Shown: positions 1 to 14,245 of the stretch, in pieces
How positions within the stretch are numbered: the stretch's first letter is position 1
How the letters are laid out: each line of letters begins with the position of its first letter
Assembly: GCA_038087875.1 (NCBI GenBank)
Contig: CM075998.1
Location: 2,232,001 to 2,296,000 of the forward strand
Reading direction: 5' to 3'
Source: Malacoraja senta
Lineage: Eukaryota
DNA length: 64,000 bases
Program-made: the position numbers and the translations under genes
Notes under the pieces: generated by a model
The model's database searches: none
Told to the model about the DNA's origin: nothing
The model's input: only the letters and a program-made list of their open reading frames with translations

Positions 1-2675
1 TTAATTGGCCCTCTGTAAATTGTCCCCCAGTACGTAGGGAGTGGATGAGCAAGTGAGAGAACATGGAACTATTGTGAATGGGTGATTGATGGTCTGCGTG
101 AACTCAGTGGGCGGAAGGGCCTGTTTCCATGCTGTGTCTTTTTTTTAAAACTGCCCTCGTAAAATGGGGATAAAAACCTCAATTGGCTTTTTGATTTTGG
201 AGATAATTTGAAGATCGTGGAGGATCACTGGATAGTGAGCTTATTTGATGAGTGCATGTATTGAGTTCATGAGTGACTTGTATGTTGCTGTACATACATG
301 GATTTGGACTGTGGTGAATATATGCAAGGGCTTTTTGAGTTCATTTGCAAAAGCATGAATGTAAAGCCATGAGTTTTATCCAGCTTTGCGAAATGTAAAG
401 GAGATGATCAGAAACAACCAAGCTTTCCCCCACCCCCATAGTCATGAAGTTTGTTTTTAATGAATCTTTAAAGAAATACTACTTATTAACACAAGATTTG
501 GGCATTAATTGGGCTGTTGGTTTGATGAAGCACTTTGGTCTGCAATGTTAAGACCTTCAATGGAATGAAACACTGAATTTTGCACAAGGAGATTTCAATC
601 TCTGTCTTTCCTTATTTAAAATATGTATGTTTAACATCAAGATTCTTTTTGATAGATGCGGCATTTTGATTTTGGCAAGCTACTTCTATATTTAACTTTT
701 CTGTATGCCTATGAGGTTTATTTTGCTGTTGAGAATTTTGTATTGATACTCTTGGAAAAACAGCAATCCAATAAAATGAATGTGCTTTCAAGTTGTGAAA
801 AGCTATGTCATCCAGATTGCAAGGTATCTTTGGGGCATTTGTCGCCATCATAGATGCACAGAAATACATTGCTTTGTTATTATTTTTGGTTTTTGTTTCT
901 TCCTATGCCTATTCCCACTGCTAAGGAGTCCAACTTCATGGATATCCCAGTTGAATTTGTGCATCAGAAATCTTGGAAGTTTGCAATGTACTTAAAATGT
1001 CTCTGATCAGCCTGAGAAAGTCCTGGCATGGGTAAGAATCAAGACTAGGAAGTGAGCTTGGCAGTCAGTTGCTTCATCCTTGTTGCTTTATTTTAAGGTA
1101 TTAATAATTTGGGTAGTTGTCTTTTGAGTGAAAAATATTATACTTTAAAATTACCAGGGGCTTGCTGTAGATTAACTGGTGTGAAGCCAACCCTTGCAGT
1201 CCAAACTAGTTTCAGGTGGATAGAATGATGTTCGAGTCACTCAACTATTGCAGATTTTGTTTGCAAATAATTTTTGTACTGACTTTTGTCGGTGATCTTA
1301 GTTCTTTTCCTGGCCATGTTCTTTTTAGCACTATAGATTCCACCTTCCACCCCCCTATCCAGCCTTCGAAGAGGCCATTTGATGTGTTGTGACCTTTAAT
1401 GTATTGTAGAGTGATGGGTGCTGGGGAGTGAATTATAAAACAATAATATCTGCTCAGATGACAGAATGAAGAGTGTATTGTTAATCTCTATTGTGTGAAC
1501 TCAGCAAGGTCATTACCTTAGGTTCCACCTTCTGTGTTAAAGCTTTGTATTATATGTAGAGTTTATGTCATGTTATAGTGTTTTTGTTTTCAAAGTCTGA
1601 TTTAATCTGATCCTTTAAATGTAGGAAATTTGAAATGCAGATATTTTCAGATCCAACGGTAATTTGGAAAAACTATACAATATGGCAGGTGCCAAGATAC
1701 TTTGGTATCTGACTGCTGGAAGGTAATGCATACGACTATTTATTATGTGTTACAGCAATTCCATCCCAAACCATTATTCATCCCTAACCTTTCCAAAGAG
1801 CATTGTATATTATGCTGAGCAAGGCACCAAAAATATAGTTTGAAATTCCTCAGGTATTGTAGTCCCTTACTCTTGTGTAGTAGTTGAGGGTTTTTTAAAC
1901 CTCAGGCCATTATCAATGATGTAAGTGATTATATTAGATTGCTTGGTGCACACTTTTTATAGTTTATTTTTCCATTAACTCTTCTCGGCCCGCTCTCTAT
2001 CTGTGTGCAGCCTCAAGGGAGACGAGGAGTTGAGAATGATACTGTTCTGATACAAACGTGGTGCATCTGCTATTCATCTACACATCAAACCCTAAACGTG
2101 AATGCAGTTTCTGACCCTCTTCTGGCACGAACAACCAGGCTGTGGGTTTGAGGGGTGGAAAAAGTGAACTTTAAGGTTGGAATAGGGCAAAAATAAATCT
2201 TGGTATGGGGAGAAAAGAGGAAAGAATTGTTTTTTTTATTGATAAATGATGTAAATAAAGCCACAGATCAACAACCAGTTTATAACTGCCTTGTGATTGT
2301 TGCTACTGCAACTGGAATTTTCCCCATATTTAACAACTACCATAGTTTGCTGGTCATTTTGTAAATTAGTCAATACTCTGGGGAGCAAGATTTTCCAATT
2401 GCTGCAAAAAGAATCTTTTTGGAATTTAAAACTTTTCCCTTTATACTTATCAGCGTTTGATCCATAAATTGATACAGTGTACATTATTCAGCGCCTTGCT
2501 GCATTGAACCTGTATATAATCTTAAAGAACATCCCAATTGAGCAAAGAGGACAAATATCGATCACTGATAAATGGGAATTGCAGAAACATGCCCTGATTT
2601 TTAAATTTACACCGGGGGGGGGGGGGAGATTGTGGTTCAACTTGTTGAATCCCACCTACATGCTGTACAATTTAG

Positions 2676-2896
2676 TGAAAACAGAAACCACTGGATATAC
2701 ACAGCAGGTCTGGCAGCACTAGTGGAGAGAGGAACAGGTTGATTTCTTTCATTAGAACTATTTTATCATAATTTAATTTTGATGAAACGTGGTCAACCTA
2801 AAATATTAACCCTGTTCCTCCCTCAACATGTGTTGCCAGACCTGTGAAGCATCTCCAACATTCTTTGTTTTGTTTATATCTCAGATTTCCAGCATA
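2676..2896. mobile_element. Old Penelope-derived fold-back. Further copies or halves at ~10366-10462, 26460-26555, 29968-30056, 33320-33400, 35840-35935, 38275-38440, 38840-38925, 39735-39850, 41285-41410, 52385-52470, 54340-54430, 55070-55265, 55785-56005, 58570-58770
   Basis: CAGCAGGTCTGGCAGCA...TGTTGCCAGACCTG arms and the AGATTTCCAGCAT end shared with the family. Confidence 0.7.
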
Positions 2897-3930
2897 TGCC
2901 GTCTTTCGTTTTTTGATTGCTGTATTCTTTAGCCTTGGACCTGTGCGTGAATTGGATCAAATTATGAGTCTTAATGCATGCATAAGAGCCTGAAGTTTGT
3001 ATCTAGAATCACTTCCTCAGTTTTATTTTGTTGAAAAGAAAATTGAAATTTTGGAATTGTAAGTTGGAATGGGTGTAGGAACCTCCTAAGGAAACTCAAA
3101 TGACATAAAATTGGGGGGGAAAAACAAGCAGTGTTTAAAGGGTATATCAAAAAAATATAGACGGTAAGAGTCATTGAAGGTCACTTGTAGATGTTGCTGT
3201 AGTCCCCGATGGACAAAAACCTGAAGTGTGAGCTGAACTAAAAGTAATGATGTTGGTAGTTTTATTTTGCCAAGATCTAGTACTTACAAAAAGTAATTTA
3301 TACCTGACAGAAAACTCTTTTATAAATTAGTGATTGAAGACCAGGGACCCCATCTTATTATTGTCACCCAGTGGCAACTGCATTCTGCTTAAATAACTGA
3401 ATAAAGCAGACACTGTTCTGTAAAGTTGGCTAAAGTTGGTAGAGTTCCTCTAAAATAAATAGTTCCCATAAGGTGACTTTTGCCTAGGATTTGCCTTTTG
3501 TCTAAGGATTTCCGCATTTTATCCTCGCTCTTTGGATTCAAAAGCTAAAAACTTTAATTTTACGTTGACATTTTTTACAATTGGGTCCAGTCAATAGTGT
3601 GATCATCAAGCCTTGATTGCAAAACAAAAAAAGGCATCCATTTACCGTGCAGTACCCCAAACCTTTTCATTTGTAGCATTTTAAATGAAATTATTCCTTT
3701 CGTTTAGCGCCTTGTTTGTCAACCTACTGACTGTATGTCTGTATTTAGTTTAGGAGAAGGGCAAAATAGGGACACTGTATACTGTGACTGTACCCTATGT
3801 TAACCGAACAGGAAACGCAAATAACGTCCGCTGTTACGTGTGTGCGTGTGTGTTGCAGTAAATATGAATTGTCACCAATTTTAATTTTGCTCTCGTTTGA
3901 TTGGAGGTCATAAAACATTGTGAAACAAAA

Positions 3931-3936
3931 AATAAA
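3931..3936 (+). terminator. Candidate proximal poly(A) signal of the upstream gene
   Basis: AATAAA followed by GT-rich tctgtggttctatctgtgtttcc. Confidence 0.4.
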
Positions 3937-6900
3937 TCTGTGGTTCTATCTGTGTTTCCTTGGAGCACTAGTCTTTGTATAAAGGATGTCGTTTTATACA
4001 AGAAAGTGTTTGATTTCTCAAATAATCAAGCTTCTGCAAGTCACGCACTCGCGATCTAACAACTTGAATCATTTTCGATCAGCTTTCCAAAGCACTTTGT
4101 CAATATTTAAAGCTGGTGCAGTGATTAGTGGTTGTTTCGCTGAATTACTTAACTTGATAATCGATCACTTCTATAGTCAGTTGATTATTATCAGAATTTG
4201 TCATTTTTCACTTAAAACACCAAAAATGCTTTTATTCGAAATTCCTTTTTAAATAAATAATCCTGTAACATTTATAAATCATTTTCAAACACTCGTTTCA
4301 TTTTGGAGGAAAATTTAAATTCTAGCCATGGCTTAATAGCTACTCTTAATTTCACACAATCTTTTGGATTCGTGACTCATAAAATGTTTATATAGTACTT
4401 TTAATATGAAAAAACTTCCAAAATATTTCACAAGCAGGAAAATAATGTTGAGGGAAGTGAAAATCTAACACTGGCTGAATGGTAGATCAAAGGGATGTAT
4501 TTTTAAGAGTTGTTTTTTACTTTTTTGCTAATTGAAACACGAAGGATGATAGTGCAGCATTTGCTTATTTCCTGATGAACGATCTGGTCTTCCCTCTGCT
4601 TAATATGGCATTGGGAAAATAGCTGTATCCCGAGCTTAATGTACCTGCTCCAGCAATAGTGCTAGCATGGGAAGTCAGTTTAAATAAATAAATAAAATGT
4701 AGCAGAAAGGTTTTTAAAATGAATTAAATCTTAATAATATGTAACAAGGCAGAATAGCCATTCTCCAATCTAAAAGATGTTAGTGAGCTATCACCTTGAA
4801 CTGCTGAATCCTTCTGGTGGAGGTACTCTCACAATGATTCTTGACAGGTAGGTTCTAGAATTTAAAGCATTGAAGATTAAGGTACAGAGACACATTTCCA
4901 AGTCAGGATGGTGTGAAATTTGGCTTGGAGTCGAGGCGGTGGAGTTCTCATGCACCTGCTACCGTTGTCCTTTTTGCGCAGTCAAGTTTGTGAATATTGA
5001 AGGTTTTGTTAAGAAGTCTTGGCAATTTGCTGCAATGCATTGTGTAAATGGTACACATTGCAGCCATAGTGGAGAGAGTGAATGTTTAAGCTACTGGTTG
5101 GGATATCAAACAAATGGGTTGCTTTGTCCTGGTTGGTATCAAAATGAGCTGTTAACTGTAACTGCACTTGATTTCCTTTTTAGCCTACTTTTTTTTTTCA
5201 AAGAAGCGCTCCACACTTTTGATGACCTAAAAATAATTTAATGAGATTTCAGGTAAAGCTAATATCACACAATGCATTTTCACAATGTATTCAGCAAGCT
5301 AAAAGGCTTTTATTTGAAATGTATTTGTTTCGTCTTAAACCAAATGTTAGTGGACCCAAATCTGTAGCATAAAAATCAGCTCAAATTTCCAAGTAGACCG
5401 TATGCCATGGAAACACTCGCACTGTTGCGGTAAGGAATGCTTATGCATTATGACAAAGTGTGTCATAATGGCAGCTCAACTCTGAATCTAGCTGTTTTGT
5501 ACCTCACTTGGCAGAGTTCAGTTTTAGCATTTGGTACAAATGATGCAAAAGTTGAATTTCTGCAGCTGATATCCCGTCATCTTCAGAGTGTGGAGAAAAA
5601 AAAGTACCAAAACAACTTAACTTAAACAACAAAACAACTTAAACAACAAAACAATCTGTTTGTAATGCATGCTTTATCTGTGCCGAGTAGCGCCTCAAAT
5701 GTCTGCACACTTGTAAGTGATTTTCTGCTTTACGTGATAATTTTAACCTCCATTCACTGCTATCCCTTTAAAGTTGCTATCTGAATGAGTGCAGTGCAAT
5801 GCTGTGTGGTATATAATCCTTGTGCCTCTTCTCAGTAGAACTCCTTTGATTTTCTCCGTGCATCTGAGACTATTGCGAGTATGTTCTGCAGTCAGCATCA
5901 AGCATGCTGTCTAATGTGAGAGAAGTAAGGTGCATCACAAGTGTACAATTTTGAAGCATTTCTCCACTGTAATTTCCCCAAATATTCTATGTTGCTTCTG
6001 TAAGCCATTTGTCGCTGAAAGCTCGACTCTTCCAAGGTATACTTATCTTGAATTGAAGAACAGTACACTATGTGCTACAGTCCAAAAACTGACCTTTTCA
6101 GGTTTCAGCAGAACTGTTTAGCACTAAAAGAATTTGCATTACAATCCAAGAACTGTTAGAAAATGTCACAAGCAATTGTATTTTGTCAGCTTTATCCTGG
6201 TATCTTACAGTTTCTAAAGGTTTAAATTTAATGCACTGACAATGTTTAGGAGATCTTTCCTTCCCCTCTGCCTAGGTACAAAATACATGCAAAGTGCATT
6301 TATCACACCCTGCACTTGCATATACTTCCTTTCCAGATCATGTAAATAGCCTGGGAATGCTTCAGGACATTTCAAGACCTTGGGATGTTCAGGAAGATCA
6401 AGCAGCTGTAGGTTTCTCAGACCTGTTACAGCCTCTGGCTTCTGCCTGATGGTGGGGGTTTGTTAACCTAACACGGCAGAAAAAAAATTACTAATGACTA
6501 ACTTCCAATCTTTGCCCTGCCTCAAAACTCTTAGGATTTTGTGGAACTTCCCAGCATAAACTTTTTGTACGTCCTCTTGCGCTAAATTGCCCACCAAGTG
6601 TTACCATTGAGAACTAAACCCAAAGGCTGGGAACTCCCTGACTCATTTAAGAGGCACCCTTTGGCCTTCTGCAAGTGCTGGCCAGGACGTGCCCCAATGC
6701 CCAAGCAGTATTACAGTCGGTGATAATTTCCACCATTTTCCCCCAACCCACGAGCTTGCTGTCCATATACAAGGGTCAAGAACATTGGACTTCCTTGTTA
6801 TTCTGAGGATCTTGCTAAAAAATAATTGTCCAAGTTACCCTTTTGTGTACCAGCTCCTATCGTTGAAAATTAAGGAAAAATATGTTTTGTATTTTGCACC

Positions 6901-8462
6901 ATTCGCAGTCTTCCTCCATGTTTAGGATCGAGGTAGTCGGCTAGCTCTGTGCTCAATTTTCACAGCCCTAAATGGAGGGCATGGAAAAGCTGAATAAATG
7001 TTGTTTGCTCACTTGATTTCAGTGATAGGATACCTTCAAATGAATCTCATCATCTTGCTGGACAGTCAAGTATTAAAGAGCATTTAGACCTGAATGATGT
7101 GAGTGTGATTTAATGGTAGTCTTTCACCTTTTGAGCTGGTGAAATTACTTTAAAGCAAATTGGTACACACATAATTTTTCTGTGTTTGTGCCAATCTTCT
7201 AAACATGCGCAGTATTGGCAAAGGATGCTGTTTTTTGTGTCTCATCCTTGAGGGCAACCGAGGATGCAATGTGTGGTGATTACAAGGTTGTGCTTCTGGA
7301 TTGAAGACTCAGCAATTTAGGGGCACTGTGAAAGACCATTATAATTTATACTACAATTAATATAAAATGCAAATTCCTCTTTACACCCTGCTTTTGTGTT
7401 CAGAAACTGGTCAATTTTAGAATATGGTGCACAGGATTTGAGGCTTGCCTTGAAGTATATTCCTTTCAGTGGTTGAAATTATTTATTTTAACAAATGATG
7501 ACATTTTCATTTGCAGTGGGGAGAATGTGAGACATTTTAGTTGTACACAACAATTTGCATAGAAAAAAAATAAAATGTGGAAATGCTGGCAACCTAAAGA
7601 CGTGGTACAAATGCAGATCAATGGACCTAACTTTATGTTTTTAGATGCCGACTCACCTGCATATTGCCACTATTTTCTACTTTTAATTTTGCTGTGTGTT
7701 TGTGTGGACTGCTTAACAATATACTAAAGAAGAAGCCTCCGTTGTTTGGAGGGAAAAACATTATATACACTTCGAGTATGTAAGCTAGATACATGCTAAA
7801 GTGGAGTATAACTGCATGTCTTAGGCTATTTAGAGAAATTCTCAGAAAATGCCCACTTCTGATAAAGGAGGTAAGCCCCAGTCCCTCAATTTCAATTTTT
7901 TTTTTAATAAAAAAAAATAACATGCACATATTATATACCTCATGAAAATGTGAATATGACATTAATGATAAACTGACTTCTGGATCGACTATCAATTATA
8001 AATAATCGCATTTGTTGTACCTTGCTGATTTGATTTTTGCAAGCAGTTTTTTAACCTGTAGGTGTAAATTTTGTTTAGTTTGAAACTGTTAATTGGTCTG
8101 AGGACAGTAAAATGTAATCTTAATAACGATGTGCTGCCTCAAAAAAAGCTGACCCATAGCGTGTTTAAAATGCGTGAATCTTGTGTTTTTATACAATGTA
8201 CGGAATTCCAAGTGCAATACTCCACTGTCCCTCTTTACAGTAGTTTTCTTGATGGACTTATTCGTATACGTTTGTGTGTAAGTACGATAACAGACCATTA
8301 TTGTCTTGACTTTTTTTCTCCTGTGATCAATATGAATTGCATTATGTTGCTTTTAAAAACTGCTCCAGAGCCTTTGTACATGTATTATAATAATTATATA
8401 TATTTGTGTACTGGAGAAAAACTACTGTAAGTTTTGTACTGTCATGGCTGAAGGTCTACTAA

Positions 8463-8468
8463 AATAAA
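8463..8468 (+). terminator. Candidate distal poly(A) signal of the upstream gene
   Basis: AATAAA ending a UGUA-rich, UTR-like block (~7700-8470). Confidence 0.5.
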
Positions 8469-11400
8469 CTTGAGAAACTCAGGAACCCGTTGACAAGTTG
8501 GTTATTTTCAAAATCACACAACACTGGTGACTTGGTGCTCTGTAATCACGTTATTTTGTATAAACATTGCCGGATAGATATCCACATATGTACCATAATT
8601 GCAAGGAAGCTTTTTTTTCTTCTTTTTAAAAAAAACTTGAACAATCTAATAAAGATCTTTCATACACAGTGGGTTTCACGTCCCAGCAGGTGGCAAAGCA
8701 TTTCACACATTTTGTAGCATAATCAGTGTTGGCACACTGGCAAATGCGGCTGCCAATATGCGCACAAGGCCCGCAATGAGATAAAAGAGTATACCGTTTA
8801 TATTGGGTAAGGGAATTTCTTGCATTTACATAGCGCTTAATGATGCCTCTTAGAAACATTCAATTTGCTTCACACGGACTGAAATGCTTTGGGAGTATTC
8901 CCTCTTGCAGGCAAATGCAGTTCGCATTTTGCGCACAAGGTACCACAAACTGCAAACGAGATAGCTAGTTAATTCGGTTTTGAGAGTGTCGATAATAGAA
9001 TATTAACCAGGACACTGAGGAGAATTTCTCCACGCTCCAGATAAACCTATGGAACCTTTTATGTCCACCTAAGATTGCAGTTTGTGTAACAACTCATCTA
9101 AAATATGCCATCTCGAACTATGCAGCACTTCTGCAATACCAAACTCAACTTGTCTTAGATAATGTGCTTGAAATGGGGATGAGATTTAACTGGAAGGTTT
9201 CTGACTTGGGAGTTTTGCCATTGAACCTCATGTTGGGAGAGACTGGAAAACAACTGCTGCAACGACACAGCAGACAAAACCAGCCTACATTACATGTTTT
9301 GGTTCAAATGAATCCTCCCTCAACATAACTGCACCTAATGCAGTATGATTGAGAAAGCTTTAACAAACAATTACAATTACCAGACGGCATGCATTTCTGC
9401 ATTTATTTTAATCAATTTTAGCCCAAATTTGTATTTGTCGATATTTTAAATGTAATTTTCAGTGTACACTTGTGAGAATAAGGAATCATGAGATTTGTAC
9501 TGATTCAGTTTGACACACATTTAAATGTGTGTGAAGCTAAATTTCAAGTTCAAGTTTAATGTCTTCCCTGCTGGTGTAAACCCAGAAATGAAGTTTGTTC
9601 AGCACCAGTCTAGTTTCTAGTGAGTCCATAGCACAAAATAGCTGATGAACTGACCATTTCAATTCAACGACAGTTGTAAAAATAGTCACCTTGAACAAGG
9701 TGCTTGACAGATATAATTGGACAAAGCAAAAATTACCTTGTATTTAGTGAAAAACACCTCACCGAGCTATCTGACAATGTCGAAAATAGGTCATTCCTTT
9801 TTTCACCCATGATGACCATCACCTTGATGAGCATAAAGATCGCCTGTTGAATCCTATCTGTTGTAGGCTGGGCAGTGGATCAATTCCTGTCATTTCCAAC
9901 TCCACATCACCTTAAACCTTGTAAATGGAAAAGGATAATCTGGGAGGCCATCACCAGCACTATCACCAAATTGACATTAGCAGTCTTGGGTTCTAATGCA
10001 GAAGAGAATTGTCTCTTGAGAACATTTTGCATCCAGTCCAGACTGAAGCAATTGAAGGATCTGGCAAGAAAAGGAATAAATGAGACTGATAAATTGCTGC
10101 AGAACTTCAGTCCAACTTCAGTTAACTTGGCATGAATGACACACAAGTGTAGAAGAATCTCAAATATACATTGAACCAATGTGTCTGCTTTGGAGGAGTT
10201 GATTTGGACGGTTTATTTAAAGAAAAAACCTATCCAAGCACAAGTTTCCCAAATGCCAGTTTAGTATAATTACAAATTTTGCCTTATGGTTATAATAAGG
10301 CTTTGATTTATGTGCTTTATGGCTTATAATTTATCAATGAAGTGTGGTCGCTCTATAATGAAAGACAATCAGTCAGAAGAAAGCTCCTGACCCGAAACAT
10401 GACCTGTCCATGTTCTCTAGAGATGCTGCATGACCAGCTGAGTTACTCCAGCACTTTGTTTTTTAACGTAATGACAGACAAGAGTTTTAAGGACATGCCT
10501 CACATTTCAATCATTCTCCAAAAAGAAAGTACAAGGGGGTGGAGTGATTTAAGTGTTACTTTAACATCGTGTTTTTAAATAAAATTGTAATTAAAACCTT
10601 GTTACTCGGTTGAGTAATGTTGGGGCACTAAACCATACAGACCAGAAGAATCACAGATTTAATCCTTGCGAGATAAAATCGGTTGGATCAATTCCATGGT
10701 GGAGAGGATTGTGGAAGGAACAAGCTTTTGGTCATGACAAGACTTGCATTCTTCACCATCAAAGAGGTAACAACAGCACCGAGCCTTAATTTCAAACACT
10801 AAAGTATATTGTGTTGCGATCCTTACAAGATGTGGGATTTTATGATGCATTTGCTGAGTTTTAGAAGATTTGGTGGATTAGCAAAGGGCTTGAAAGGGTT
10901 AATTGCAAGCCCAGCGAGCCAAATTTCAAACTGATTTACACAGAAATACACATGAACACTTGCGGTAGGGTGGTTAATTAACATCTGTTATTGCAGTTGG
11001 ATGTGTGCAACCTGAATCTTTACTACCCCTGCGTACACCAGACCATAATGTTCAAACTGGCTCATTGATGTGGTGGCTGGTTTCAACTTATCACGATATT
11101 TATCTAAGTTTGACATTTCCACCCAATCCTAGTACACAATATGCACTCTTCTCACCAAAAATGAAAAGCACCAAGTAGTTACCGCAGCAGTTATTATTGC
11201 AGGTATTATTGTCAATTAACTCTTTTTGCACAATTGTCTGACCGATTTGTGGGGAGGGATTTTTTCAAAGGCTGCAGTACATCGAGAACTGAAAAATAAT
11301 ACCTTGACTCCATTCATTATGTTCGAGATAATTAAAGAGCTACAATATATGACGGGTCCAGATCGGGCAGGTGCCAGGTTCAGTTCTGCCTCCTGAATGA

Positions 11401-12609
11401 ACTGACCTCAGGATAGCAATCGGGGAAATGCCGTTGGTTCATTTGAGGGAGCTGGACTAATAACTAGAGTTTCTACTGCTGATCACTATACAGTAACCCA
11501 AGTTGGGGAAGAAACATCTTAGACTTATGAACATTTTTTTTTTTTGCGAGAGTAAGAATGGCAATAATTAGATTGTATGTTATGTTATTTCTGGTTTCTT
11601 TCCTGAAGGATAGTGGTCATGAGATGTGGTTTGGGCATCTACTGTCCTTGGATACCTTGCCTCGGTCAATTCGAAATAGTCATTCATTGAGTGTGCCTGA
11701 AAAGTGTCGTAGGTCTGTCCCAACTAGTCATTATGCAGTTTTTTGCAAACATATACTTGGCAGTAAGGAACACTGGAGTGCCATTAGAAACTCAAACTCA
11801 AGCTGAGTTTATCCCATAGACGGGCCCAAAATGGGACCAAATCTACCATACACCATTTAGTTACCAGTTGAACAATAGGTACAGAAACAGAAGGTTGATA
11901 AAATTGTGCATACTTACTCACGTAGGCTTAAAAATCTGAAATTAATGGAAGTTTTATTTTCCTTAAAGCTCAAAAAATTATATGTAAAATATGGTGAAAG
12001 AATAAATGCACCTTATATAAACTATGTAAGTTTAGAAACCTTTTATTTCCTTCTTGTAATTATGTCAATCCATTAAAAAAAATACAGAGCTGAAGTGAAA
12101 CCGATTTAATTTTTTTAAGTTGTTGTATTGTACTTTGGTACTTGCTCTGTTTAATTGCAGCCGAATAATCTTGCAGCAGACAATGGTTTAGTCACAGATA
12201 AATAACAAGATTCTGGAGTAACTCAGATATATTCAGTAGAGTGATAAGAAATGCCGATGAACAAAGGGACCTTAGGCTTCAAGTCGACAGTCCTGTGAAT
12301 TTGGTAACATAAGTAGATAGAATGGTGAAGAAAGCACATGGTATGCTTGTCTTCATAGGCTGGGGCATTGAATATACAAGTTGCCAAAGGCCCGTTTCTA
12401 TACTGCAAAATTCAATGACGATTGCTACTGAAAGGCAACAGGACTAGGAGTTAAACAAATTAGTTAATGCTTTACAAACTTAATTAAAATTAAATTCTTT
12501 AAATTCATTATCTTCTCTCAAAAAAATGTTGTTCACATTATAAAGTCTTTGTATTCCTCTACTTTCCGGCTTTGATTTGTAACATGTATATGTACTTGGT
12601 TTTATTTTT

Positions 12610-13350
12610 ATGGGGTGTGGGCATTGGAAAGGTCAGCATCCATTGCCCATCTCTAATTGCCCATCAGAAAGTAGTGATGATACACTGCATTGAAGTTGTG
12701 CAGTCCTTCTGTGAAGGCAGTCCCACAGTACATTGAGTAGGGATCTCCAGGATCTTGACCCAGTGACGGTGAAAGAACAAGTCAACATTGTGTCCAATTT
12801 GGAGGAGAGCCTGCTGTTGGTGGTGTTCCTGTGTGTCAGCCAGAGGGAACAAGCCTTGGCAGGTGTTGTCTCAGAAGGCTTGAATATTTTTAGATACCAA
12901 AGAGATCTCGGGATATGGGGCACTGAGGCCATAAGCTCAACCATGATCAGAGCAGGCATGATGTTCTTCCTTGTTTATTTCTTCTGTTCACAGTGAGTCT
13001 CTGCAATACATTTTATAGATGGTGCAGATTGCAAACAGTATTTGCCGATAGTTGAGGTGATGAATATTTAGCCAGGTGAATGAGGTGCTATTTAAGCAGG
13101 CTATTGTGTCCTGGATGGCATTGTGGATATTTGGACCTGCATTTACCAATGCAAATGAAGATTTTTTTCGTTCTACTGATGTGTTTTGTGGAAGGGATTT
13201 TGTGGGGGTTTGGAATTGGAGGGGATCATGGAAGGTTTAATGATGGTTAAAGGTCATGGGTAGGTAATTAGTGATCGCCTTGTTGGTGATGGGCAATTCG
13301 TGGCCCGTTTGCAGCACGTGTACTTTAACAATTATCAGTCTAAGCCTGGA
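12610..13350 (-). mobile_element. Ancient LINE 3' fragments; related pieces at ~4785-5165 and 62720-63190
   Basis: The three loci resemble each other; heavily decayed. Confidence 0.45.
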
Positions 13351-13844
13351 TGTTACAGTTGTAGAAAACCCAACTTCAAGTGGCTTACGCACTTTCACAC
13401 ATTTAGTGTGTATAAGCGCTGTGATTTACATTTTTCACTCTTGTCTCTCGGGTGTTTTAAATGTTAACTGTCTGCACTGTGAAGAATAATTATGCTGGAA
13501 ATAGTTTGAAACTATTTTGGTATACTTGTGATTGTTACTGGTACTAACCTCCAGAGTTTGAAAATGTAAAATGGTTTGATCAGTTTTATGTGACTGCTTG
13601 CTGCTGCCTAGAATTGTTTCCTTTTGCTCCATATACCAGCAAATTAGCAGCGCTAGCTGTCTCTTCCATTTACTTATGTTTTGGGTTTTTTTTAAGGTGG
13701 AGATTGACAGATGCTTGATTAGAAAGGGTGTTAAAAGTTATGGGGAGAAGACAGGAGAATAACGTTGAGATGGAAAAATAGATCAGCCATGATTGAATGG
13801 AGGAGTGGGCCGAATGGCTTAAATCTGCTCCCATGACTTATGAG

Positions 13845-14245
13845 GTAGACACAAATGCTGGAGAAACTCAGCGGGTGCGGCAGCATCTATGGAGCGAAGG
13901 AAATAGGCAATGTTTCGGGCCGAAACCCTTCTTCAGACTGATGCGGGGGGGGGGGGGGGGGGGGCGGGAAGAAGAAAGGAAGAGGAGGAGCCAGAGGGCT
14001 GAGGGAGAGCTGAGAAGGGGAGGAGACAGCAAGGGTTACCGGAAATTGGAGAAGTCAATGTTCAAGCCGCTGGGGTGCAAACTGCCCAAGCGGAATATGA
14101 GGTGCTGCCATCATCCCCATCTCCTCACTTCCAGCTGCACACCTCTTCTTCCCCCCCCCCCCCCACCCATACACCAATCAGTCTGAAGAAGGGTCCCGAC
14201 CCAAAACGTTGAGTGTCCATTTCCCTCCACAGATGCTGCCTGACA
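13845..14245 (-). mobile_element. Penelope-like element 3' end with inverted terminal repeat
   Basis: Minus strand ~14036-14108 reads QHLIFRLGSLHPSGLNIDFSNFR* (C-terminus of a GIY-YIG ORF), contiguous with the CTGGAGAAACTCAGCGGG repeat; inverted copy at ~14178-14245; G and C runs. Confidence 0.85.

Larger units (their letters stand above)
900..8470 (+). other. Probable 3' end (terminal exons, long AU-rich 3' UTR) of an unidentified upstream gene
   Basis: Relatively repeat-poor AU-rich sequence, candidate acceptors before 926, 1329, 2011 and 2933, TGTANATA motifs (2250, 2511, 6341), AATAAA at 3931 and 8463. Confidence 0.45.

Noticed and set aside
3191-3231. Possible last exon encoding (D)VAVVPDGQKPEV*
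   Set aside because: Weak polypyrimidine tract and no protein recognised
5609-5654. Short AAACAAC-type tandem duplication; also G/C homopolymers at ~2613, 14855, 26297, 33728, 47822
   Set aside because: Ordinary slippage or low-complexity sequence with no evidence of function
1-8470. Naming the upstream gene IKZF4 from human synteny
   Set aside because: No C2H2 zinc-finger coding sequence in the window; identity unsupported
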